Positions 38,735 to 49,766 of a DNA stretch of 64,000 bases are shown in pieces; position 1 is the first letter of the stretch, and each line of letters opens with the position of its first letter. The stretch comes from Phoronis australis (lineage: Eukaryota; Animalia; Phoronida). The stretch covers positions 102,009 through 166,008 of the forward strand of contig NMRA01000727.1 of assembly GCA_002633005.1 (NCBI GenBank), read 5' to 3'. The translations under genes were made by a program, and so were the position numbers. Below the pieces are notes generated by a model. That model saw only the letters and a list, made by a program, of their open reading frames with translations. It ran no database searches and was not told the origin of the DNA.

Positions 38735-39418
38735 TTTCCTTTGCTTGAGGCCAGAATTCTTCTGTTCTCGATATCCTCCTCGGAACAGTTCCGTATAACA
38801 CTGGAACCTTTGTAACTGTTCAGTGAAAGTGTTTCTGTGAGCTTTGCTTGGGTATTTCTACCTCAGTCCGTGCTTACTTTGCACGGATAATCCCCATGTA
38901 TACAAAGAGCGAAGTACCAAGTAGATGACATAGAAGTTCGTGTAAAGTACACTTTTGTCTTTATCGTGAGACGGCTCTTGTGATTATTTACTCCTTATTT
39001 ACACAGCTAATCTGCACTCTCTTCAGATAACTGTGGTAATTTTACTCTTGAGAGGAAGGGCCAGGGACTCGTTTTCAAAGTTTGCAAAGTGCACTTCTAT
39101 TATCGCAAAATGCTTATTATATTTTCACCGTAAAGACCTAGTAGTTGAAATTTTGTTACAAAAGGCTTTTATTTTGGTGCGGTAATGTTTGTTGTCGTGT
39201 AATTGGGATTAAAGATAATCAAACGATAGGGAAGTAGATTAAAATGAAAATTCGGCTTACGAAACTAACTTTAGTTGGAAAAAAACTAGCCTCAGTCTTG
39301 TTCTCTTTTGTTGACTCTTGTGACCTCATACCATTCAAGATTTCACCTTATCATAGAGTACACAGTTGTGCCTTGACCTTGACTGGGAGGTCTTTTCTTT
39401 GAGAGACAGAGAAATGTA
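38735..39418. promoter_or_regulatory. Putative shared/bidirectional promoter of the two SLCO genes
   Basis: 684 bp between divergent ATGs. WGATAR at 39025, 39213 and 39348(-). HNF4-like CAAAGTGCA at 39085-39093. NR5A/ERR-type TGACCTTGA at 39374-39382. Transcription start sites are not determined. Confidence 0.5.
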
Positions 39419-42400
39419 ATGGAGAGGATGACTAAAACTCAGAGTAGAAATGATGATAAAGCCGACAGCAATTGCGGAATTGGATCTTGCAGGCCCGCGT
39501 GGCTACAGAGATTTGCCGACATACGCATATTTGTTGCCAGCTATGCATTCTCTGGTGTGTTCATCGGGTTGTGTGTTGCAGGAATAATTTCAACAATAAC
39601 CACGATAGAAAGGCGATTCAAGCTAACAAGTGCCCAGTCAGGGTTTATTCTGACTGCTTATGAGATCACCCATATACCCGGAGTGTTTCTTGTTGGTTAC
39701 TTCCTCTCGAAAGCGCACGCGCCAAGAATGTTGGCATTAGCCTCGCTCGGAATTGGCTTCTCAATGATGTTCGGTGTACTGCCGCACATTTTTTATGGAG
39801 AGATTAACGATTATGTAATTGGAACAGAAGCAAATGAATCTGCCCCTACTAACGTGACCGGAACAGATGACTTGTGTAGATTGCTTCCAAGTTCCGAGCC
39901 TCAGGATGCCTGTTTTGATGTCAAAAATACAAACACTGCCAACTCATACAAAGGGGCGTATGTTTTGATTCTTTTCGTCACTCTCAGTTTTGGACTTTTT
40001 TCTTGTCCAATCAATGTTTTGGGAATGCCTTACGTGGACAATTCGTGTGAGAAACACGAATCTGCCCAATACCTTGGAATAATCTACAGCATGCTTGGTT
40101 TGGGCCCCTTGATTGGGTTCGTCGTTGGAGCCAGTGTACTTGAAATGCATGTCACGCTGAAAGGTACGTGTATTATAAAGTAAGAAACACGCCACAGTTT
40201 GACTACGAAAAATTTGAAAACCTTTCCGTTTTGTAACGGATAAATCAACATCAACAGCTCATAAAAATACCATTAACACACATAATGCAAGCCCTTTGTT
40301 AAAAAAACCTTATTGGGAACTTGACGAGAGACACTAGTGGAACATCGTCAGCAGGTGCACCCTCTGCAGGTTTTTCACTTGTAGTTGGTAAAGGCGTTTA
40401 TGGCTAGTTATGCTTTCAATTTTGTAAATTTTGTAATTCCTCCTGGTGATCTATAACCAACCGCACGAAACACTCCCAAATAAGGACTCAATTAAGATTC
40501 TTAAGTTTTGTGGGCATTGATTTCTTTACTTACTCATAGATGTCTTGTTTTTGTATCACTTTGTCTTTATTAAGAGCTCCTCATTGACTGCTGACATTTT
40601 CTAACACCACAATTGAAAAATGAGCCTTTATGACGACGAAAAGTATTTAGTCCTTAATTTCGGGGCGTTGCAAGAAAAGGTACCTATTTTTTCAATAGTA
40701 GTGGGGAGTAAATGTACGGTACTGGAATGTACACTCGGTTTGTATCAAATCGAAACATTCTTTAGTCATGAACATAAAATAGCATAACAAAAGACTACCA
40801 GTACTTGCACAAGTACATAAATACGGTAAAAATTTAGGAAGGTATTCCCCATATTCTGGACTGTTCCGTCCTACGCAAACTGGTCTGCTGTCGTTTCATG
40901 ATAGATTGTCAAACATGCCAAGATTATGACAAGGAGTTGAATTGCCGATAAAGGGCTGTGACATGACTTCAACTAATTTTTTCATACATAGTGGCTGCTG
41001 CTAAGCTCTTCTGAAAACTTCTCCTAGTTTAACTCACTTCTTATTCTATTTGAAAAAATTCGCCACGACCACAATGGTTATTTCATTTCTTAGCATTAGT
41101 CGTCCTACACTATTTTATAATTCTCCTGCTTGAACTTTTATTAAATCGTACATGTTTCTCCATTTACATTTCAACCCTCAAAACGTTGAAAACAAACACG
41201 TGAAAGAGGTTTCAATAATTTCCAGAGACATTCCTAACCCCCCAAGATCCACGGTGGATTGGTGCTTATTGGCTGCTGTTTATCATCTGCGCAATTTTAA
41301 TGATTCCGCCAAGCCTGGTTTTGGTGCTCTTTCCTCGACACATGTATAAAAAGTCAAAAGAAACCGAAGTGGGTACAACAGAAGAGCAGGCATCTCTTCA
41401 TGAGACGATGAGCAAGGAAATCATGGGCTCAACATTGAACGTTGGAAGCATGACGATTACTTCTGTAAAAGGTAAACGATAATACAATTGAGGATAGTTA
41501 TATTTTGTGTCGCTTTCGTAATTAGAGCTCCCGTGTGCTGCAGCGGAGTTAACCATTTCAGTTCCTCTTTACAGCTAATTTCTGTAAAGTAACAGAGAAT
41601 ATCCTTTTAATTAAGGTATGTCATATTTTTCCCACCAACCATGATTCAAGATACTTCTTAGGTCTGCGAGCATTAAGGCGAAAAAACTATCTATGCATAC
41701 ACTTGCATGTATATCGAGTTGTAATGGAATGAAACGTAATAAAACTAAACTTAATCCTGTTGGACATGCCCTCTATTCATCGTCAGAAGGGATTAGATGC
41801 CTGTTTTGCCCCTCTGTATGTCGATTGTCAGCCGGTTGACTGGTTAAACCCCAGCCTTTGAAATTTGACTTTGAGGCTGAAAATGTACATGTAAGATGGG
41901 CGGAGTTTATGGTTGTTACATTTTTTGTTTGTTTATTAATGTCACTTTCTCGATTATGTAAACGTTGGCATTCTTTTCTCTGTGTTTGTTTCGATTTTTA
42001 AAGTTCCTGGCCCGAACTTGACGTAGAAGACGACTAAAATTCGAATTATACCAAGTTCTGTGAACGTCGTACATTGAAAACCCCCAAAACGAACGTCCCT
42101 GTACTCTTTAGGAATATGTGTTGCAATACTTAATCGAAGTCTCACACAAACTCTAAATACACATGTACAGCTGTCACTTTATTACCACTGGCATCAATTT
42201 GAACACCACTGAGAGCGTGCGTAATCCATCGCTTGTCTACAGCACCACATGCGTCATGAAGTCAACCCTACTTAACCTCCCATCCAAGCAGACAATTCGT
42301 TTTTCCGCTGCAAAGCTAATGTTGTCTCTTCAAGCAGTGAATGGTCGAGACTGAAAAAATCTCACAGGAAATCGTTTTTGAAATCTAATATATGGCAATG

Positions 42401-45400
42401 TGGTGTAGATTCCGTTATTCCTACCCCTTTCTACTCATCTTTCTTAGGTCTACCTAAAGCCATCTGGAGACTGTTGAAGATACCCGTCTACAGTACTTTA
42501 GTAATAAGTTTGATCCTAGAAATGTTTATTGGCCATGGTTATTTCGTGTTTATGCCGAAGTACATCGAAGAGCAGTTTGGTAGAACAAGCAGCTTTGCTA
42601 ACACCATCGCCGGTGAGTAAGACAGTACAAAACTTCTAAAGGACACGATCAACTTGAAACAAACAGTAACCAACTCCCTTAAACACTACCTGACGGTATG
42701 CTAGTTAGCTGCTCTCGAGTTTCGAGTCTTTATTGGTCAAAACATACTACATGAAATCGGGACAGCCAATACCGGCACCTAAGTCATCTTCAATTGGGTT
42801 TAGTGTGAAAAAATGTCAGATATTGCGGCTCGTTTTCCCTTGCTTAATGATATAAGGAAGAGCGAGGCGCTGCGTTTGTGGTGGTTGGGACGACTTAGTA
42901 TTCATTTTGTCCTTGCTGTGGATCTTTCGGTGAAGCCCAGAAATGGCACAACTTTCTACAAGAAACTCGCCCGTTGGTGGACTTGAAACACTGGCACTGG
43001 GTACGTTACGTCATACTCAAGTACGTGGAATTAAGAAACTTTCAATTGAAATCGTTTTTCTTTGTTTTTGAGATATTGAATTAACGATTGTAATGCGCAG
43101 TGCTCTCAAGGAAAATTTAACGACTCACTCCATCGGAGTTTTTTATTTTAGATATACAAACATTGAGCTAACCAGATGGTTCTTAGCAAAATAAGAAAAC
43201 CCAACTTTAATCACTAAAATGTAGGCACGTCAAATGATAAGTGAACTTGACTTTTGTGCACTATTGCGTCACTGCAAAAACCCAGCACAAACAACAAAGG
43301 ACCGTTAAGTAACTGTCGTATTGAATAGGGGTCGGAATAGAACACCATTGGGTTGGGGATGTTATTCACAGCTGTTTGAATTAAATAAAGATTCTCGCGG
43401 TGGGGTAAACAAACGCAAGCCAATAAGTTAATTAAATGTATCAATTTATAGCACGGGTGTGCTCAGAGCTTTGCTCTTAACATAGTGTTGAAACCAAATT
43501 TATATGTGTTACCTTTCAAGATAGGCTTTAATGGTGCTGAAAATGTAGTCACTTGTAAAAACAAGGTAACTGGTGGCTTAAAAGCACTTTAAAGAGGCCT
43601 GGAACTCGATAAACAAACTAAATTGCAACATTCAAAGTTGTTCTCTGCCACCGAAACAGAATTCAAACCTGCTCACCAGGTATTTTTAGGAATTTTTCGT
43701 AAAGATTTTTAATTTTGTAGATATCAAAGCATTTTTCTTTTAGCTTCACTTTTCAAAAAATGACCTGTCAGCTGTTCGCCAGTTCGTCGATGTTTGTCCC
43801 ACAAGGCAAAGCGCTTCTCCTTATTTGGTATGGCCTAACATACACGCGGCCTTTGACCTTAAGCAACTTCAAGTAACAGACTGTGCGCGCATTTATCATT
43901 AAGTGGCAGGGAGATTAGAAACTCTGTGGTAACCACAGACGTTTTCCTTCGAGCGTATTTCAAAAATCGTGAACTTTGAGATTTTTTATGGAAATTTCCT
44001 CACAGGGGAAAGTGAATTACTCTGTACTAGACGTTGCAAGACGGTACTTTCGTCAAGAGTTGTTTAAACTATATTTTTGACGAGCTTTTGCGTTCCATGC
44101 CTCTTTAAAATGTGTTCTAAGAAGTGCGTTACTTTTCATGCATTAATGAAGCTAACTTCAGTGTAGAGTTTGCTTAAAAACAGATGGGACAGCCGATGGA
44201 AAGCGATGTAATTGCTTTTCACTATTTTGACGGCATTTCCCATTTCTGTGTGGCCCCCGGCCGCAAAATGATAACAGTGGCTGAGCAAGGTATAGTATTT
44301 GCATTAACTGTGTCAAGGATGAAGACATTTTCGGAAAAATGCGTGTATATAAGGGCAACATGTTATTGATTGTCATGGCATCGATGACAGTTGCAGTACA
44401 AATGACAAAAAGCCAAAAGAAGTTTTATACAAGAATTGTGCATAAAAATGGAAAATATAAGCTATACATGGATATTGACCCTGTTTCAGTGATTTCCCCT
44501 ACAAATCGTGTTCTGCCTCCTAGGATTGCGCAGTCAGAGCATGCACTTTTCTTGAGATATAAAAACTTACGCCTGCTCGGCCATAAGATAACTTCTCGCT
44601 GTATCAGAAATAGAATTTTGTGGAAAGAGGTTCTGTCCATGCCATGGCCGTTGATTAAATCCCGCAAACAATAAATCACGATTGGAGATGTTGCAGTCTT
44701 TCTGGGGAGTGTTACAGAGCATCATTTTGTTCCCAGTAATTATGCATCTTTGTGGAAAGGCTGATGCTAATCGGGTTCAGTACAGTGTATGTGTATGCAC
44801 TGAGGGGTGTGTTTCAAGAAAGTGACTTAAGACTAAACAGACAGAAATAATCTTAATATTCACTTCACAATTGTTAGAGAAAGATTTAGCCAAGTAATTA
44901 AGAGTGCTTCACAATCTAGAAATACTTCATGGAGATAATCTGTTATGTGTATATTTCCAGAGACTGCACTTTTGCTCAGGAGAGATTTAATTGTTTTTTT
45001 CAGTAATAAATGATGTGGAGCGTAAGAAAGAATTTCTGAATCAAGCCTTGAGTCTCTTTTCATGAATTCAAAGGGGAACCTGTTGTTCAAACATCAGTTG
45101 TATTTCCGTTTAGGTGTTGTCAACTCGGGAGCACATGGTCTGGGAGTGTTCATCAGTGGAATTCTTGTCACCAAGTTAAAGATGAATAGAATGCAGGCGG
45201 CCAAAAGTAACGTCATCGTTGCCATAGGTGTCATGGTTTGTTTGGTGGCAATGATATTTGTTGGGTGCGATACCGGGAAAGTTCACAGTCTTGTTGGAAA
45301 AAGGTATAGTGATTTTATCTATGAGGAAGTGTTCGAATTAACATTGCTTGGGGACGGACCATTGGATGGCTGTTTGCAGGGTAGTGGAATAGGTGATAAA

Positions 45401-48400
45401 CTTCGGCCTGTTGTTTATAATCTCGCTCAATTGAAGTGAGATTGGGACGCTTTCCGTGGATGCAAGACACTCGCGAGTAAAGCTATAGTGTTAACGCGTG
45501 CTTCGCTTGTGATCCATGGCTATATCTTGCGAAGATTTGACGGATCTCACATTTCTTGCATGTAATAATTATGCACTACGAAAAGCAGCCAGAAGTTCAC
45601 ATGTAGTTTAATTATAATGTCGAGATGAGACAGTCCTACGTTTCAGCGACGAGTCTTGCATTACTTTGATTGCTCGTTCGTCAGAAGCATCCCGGTTCAA
45701 GTTCTAAAATACATGCACATCGATTTGACACATTGGGATTTCACGAATGCTCTTTGATCTGGATGAAACCTAAATAGTCGATTGTTTGGCGCGCATACAC
45801 GTTTTAAAGACTTCATTGCGTTTTAACACAAACACACCTACGCAAACACACACACACACACANGATACCTACCCATGTACAAAAAATGAAGTTGTTTTAA
45901 ATTTTGACGTATAGACTGATTTTTGAAAATCTACTGGTTTTTATATGGACTGTCCCTTAAAGACTTCAGTGTGTTTTAACACAAACACACCTACGCAAAC
46001 ACACACACACACACACACGCACGCACGCACGCACGCGCGCCCACGCACCCACCCACCCACACATACACACACACATTAAAAAGTCTGCGCTAGCCAAATA
46101 GCCTGATGTAATGGGCTGCAGACGTACTGAAACAAGGAATATTGTTCCATCACAAGACTGTGTTGTTTTATTATGACGGAAAAAAGAGACATGCCTTGCG
46201 AGTTCGTTCTTTCAACGCAGTGCTTACTCAGAATTATGTGAAGGTGCCATGGGTCACATTGTCATAGTCTACTTCACGTTTGTTCAGAAAGACAATTCCA
46301 GCTAAGGCTTTGGATAGGTTTCATGTTGTAACGCTGGGCGTTTTCTAAACTGGGTTGCATAAAACTTTTGAAAATGACAGTGCTGTCCATGTAAATATCT
46401 ATCTCTCTTTGATATTTCAGGCGCAATTCGTCGTGTCAGGCGGACTGTGGGTGCACATCCGATATGTTTAACCCTGTTTGTGGACAAGATGGAGTAACTT
46501 ATATTTCGCCATGTCACGCGGGATGCACGAGATCTTCAACCGACTCACTAATGGTATGAACCTCTTAACATCACGTTGAGATGGTGGTGCAGTAATGTAT
46601 CATATCTAAAATATCTATTAAGACCAACCTCGCCTTCTTCAGGCACTGTGTTCTTCTTGTGCTCGTTACTCATGAAGAAGGTTGACCACACGTCGTGCCA
46701 TTGTACAAAGACTAGAAGTTCGTGTAAGCAGACCAATACAAGTTCGGATATCAGACTAAACTTTAAACGCACCATTACCCCTGGATTACCAAAATGGCTG
46801 GCGGGACATCTAAATCGATTTGTCCCTGTTTATAAGTCCCTCCGTCCTTGTGCTGTGCAATAACCACACGACTTTGATTCATTTGTTTAGTTAAATATCC
46901 GTATAGAAGCATTAAAACACTTTTATTGCATTGGCATCATGAGTGTTTAATTAGAGTTCCATTTTTTTCTTGTATATCTGGTCCGTTACAAAAACAGCAT
47001 ATATGTGTATTGGATAATTCATCAAGGTATCTGCCAAATGTTCACACGTGTACCTGCGTAGTATAAAGCGGACGGAATCAATTTCCTGCGATGTCACAAA
47101 TGCATCCGTATTTGTTTTGTCTACAGTGTGTACTCTTGTTAGATGTTACGTACATATTTCATGTTTTGGCACTTTCTGAAGGACGATACGAGTGCATGTG
47201 CTTTTCAGAAAAGTTCGATGTTGTCATAGAATTTTATCTCTGTATAGTTATTTGTACATAGGCCTAAGAGTCTGTTGTTTCAGTTTGACGATTGCATTTG
47301 CTTGTCATCAAACACAACGAGATCCAAACAAGGACTTTGCGCAGGCGCTGTGACTCCGTGTACGACAGAAACAATCATATACTCGGTTTTTGTATTCATC
47401 GCTGGAATCTTCAGTGGCTACATGTTTATGGTGACGATTTATATATTGTTCAGGTATGTGTTGTGGCGAAATATCTGTTTAAAATGACTTGTTAAGATTA
47501 TGTCTTGTTCAGAATTACGATACGTGACTTGTCTCGTATTTATAAATGATAGACCGAGAAACGAGATACAAATCTTGATATTTGTCCAACGCTTGCCAGA
47601 AGATGGAAAACAAAACGAGTTGACATGGTCCTTATCGCAAGAAATACAAGACTGATACTTGGTAGACAGGGAAGGATCCGGGATTTTGCGTTATGGGGGT
47701 CAAGGCAGAGTATTAGCCAGGATTTTGCCCGTCAGATATTCGCACATCTGAGCTACCAAATGGAATCTGCCTCCCTTGCACCCCCCCCCCCCCNCCCCCC
47801 CTAAATCCTCCATTGGTAGTCCGGTGTCTTAATTTACCTCGCAAATAAATATAAACGGAGATGCAAAATACAAGGGTACATGTACAGTGTTTCACGCCGT
47901 ATGTTGGTCACAACCCGTAACCTATACATGTACTTCAGACTGCACCATACATGTTCATGTACATGTAGGTCCCGTAATGTGACCGAGGTATGGCATGTAG
48001 GAAGGCAACCAATTCTTACTTACATGTACTCTGTATAGCATATCAACGCGGTCGTGATTTATAATAGCACAGGATTGAGTTTCAAGGAATCAAGTTATGT
48101 ATTGCTGCATTATGTTTCAGAACTGTAAATCCTGAGGATAAATCTTTCGCAATGGCTCTTCAAAGTACGGGCATAAGTTTATTAGGTAAGTTCTGAGTCC
48201 TCGCTATTCTGACGAGTACAGGAAACTAGTATTACATGTTTCTATATTCCCATGGAAATTTGTTCGGTATTCAAAACTCATAGCCTGTAAGCCAGACTAC
48301 TGGGATTGGCTCACCCCCAGGATGGCAACTATTGGCGGGTACCACGAATAGCTCTCGACTCAGCGCTGCAGGAAACGCCTGGTACCACAAACAAACTGAT

Positions 48401-49197
48401 CAAATACAAACTTTTGAGAATTTCCATAGGAACGGAAAATCGCAAAAGAAACAATTTTTTGGAGAAAAATCGTCATGAATTTGAAATGGGATGAAAAAGA
48501 CACATGATTCATACAACAATCGCCAGTAAATATGGATACACACAGACTTGGAAGAATTTGTTAATCATTTTGATTAGAAAGTTTTGGATTGTCGCATTTT
48601 CCCGCTTTTACAGAAAAGGAAATTTAGAAGAAAAGGCATCAAATGTTAAGAGGTATCACACAAACTGCCCGCTTACTCTTGCATGTAACTGTTCGGATAT
48701 TGACTGCAAACCGCCTCGCCTCATTTCTACCATGTACATTGTAGGCCTTGACGCATGCCCTTACGCTTTCTAAGACCGATAATCACGTCTTTTCTAGCCT
48801 ATCAACGGATGATATTTTCGAAAACGCGTCTGTAATATCTACATTCGATTTTCGTAGCTTAAACAGGTACAGTGTACGAAAATTCACCATTCATGGTTAA
48901 CAGTGATTGCTATCATGTATGTTTATAGCGTCCATTCCTGCACCGGCGGTCTTTGGCTCACTCATAGACTCTTCATGCATGCTGTGGCAGTCGACACCAT
49001 GTTCGTCAGCCAAAGTATGTCGTGCATTTGATCCCACTCAGTTGCGAACCTACATACACGGCACTTGTGCTGCCCTCTCTGGCCTGAAAGTGGCATGCTT
49101 TGTATTCGTGTGGCTCAAATGTGGGAAGGAAGATTGCAAGACACCGGACCGAGACCACAACGAGAATGATGAAGAACTGGCCGATGTTGGACGCTGA
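39419..49197 (+). CDS. SLCO: Organic anion transporting polypeptide (OATP/SLCO family), paralogue B, 660 aa, 8 coding exons
   Basis: Exons 39419-40163, 41226-41471, 42448-42612, 45114-45303, 46421-46553, 47284-47453, 48121-48185, 48929-49197; all AG/GT with the same intron positions and phases as paralogue A. Motifs: ITTIERRF, DPRWIGAYW, FMPKYIEEQF, FNPVCGQDGVTYISPCHAGC, IPAPAVFGSLIDSSC. Confidence 0.95.
43593..44104. mobile_element. Kolobok-type (T2-like) MITE, different family from copies 1-3
   Basis: TTAA|AGAGGCCTGGAAC ... GTTCCATGCCTCT|TTAA (TIR with 1 mismatch, TTAA TSD, purine-purine terminus). Confidence 0.75.
45996..46075. repeat. Compound CA/CACG/CACC microsatellite
   Basis: Direct reading. 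Confidence 0.85.
47667..47815 (+). mobile_element. MITE family B, degenerate copy
   Basis: CAGGGAAGGATCC...GGCAGAGTATTAGCCAGGATTTTGCCCGTCAGA...TAAATCCTCCATTG with flanks GTAGA/GTAGT. Confidence 0.7.
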
Positions 49198-49766
49198 ACG
49201 TTTCTATTCCTCATTATTTATGCGCGCGTGCACCAGTGTATTAAGTAATTACAATTTAACGACAGCGGTGATTATGACGTGAGCTGTAACGCAGGAACTT
49301 GAGGGTCATTGGGTGACAATCCATTGAAGCCTTCTGTGTCGGAAAAGTTAGATTTTCCAGTTACGGTCCTGGGGATCACACATCTGTCTACTTCATGCCT
49401 GTACAAAATAAATGCAGAACTATTGCAGTCGTGAGGTCTTTTACCCGTGGTCCACGGCCCAGTGCTTTGAGAAGTTCGTAGTGTGCTTTTCTTGGCTCCA
49501 CGACTTAAGTTTTCCCACGCCACCGGTCACTTTTACAAAAAATAATGACACTATACAAACACACACACACTCGTCTTGGTTTGAACAAAACGCAACAGCG
49601 AGGAAAAGAAACAAAACAAATCCATAAATAAATACTTTTTGTATTTTAGACCAGCAGTTACTGGATATTGAATTGTTCCATTATTAACCGCAAAGAATAC
49701 CTCCAGTTCATGCATACTGTAAGCTCGCGAGGAGTTGCAAGTGTTCATACATTGGTAAGCAGAGTA

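Noticed and set aside
45802-46020. About 60-bp direct duplication leading into CA repeats
   Set aside because: Straddles a single N next to a microsatellite; most likely a contig-join or haplotype artefact. The same applies to the repeat at 57976-58060.
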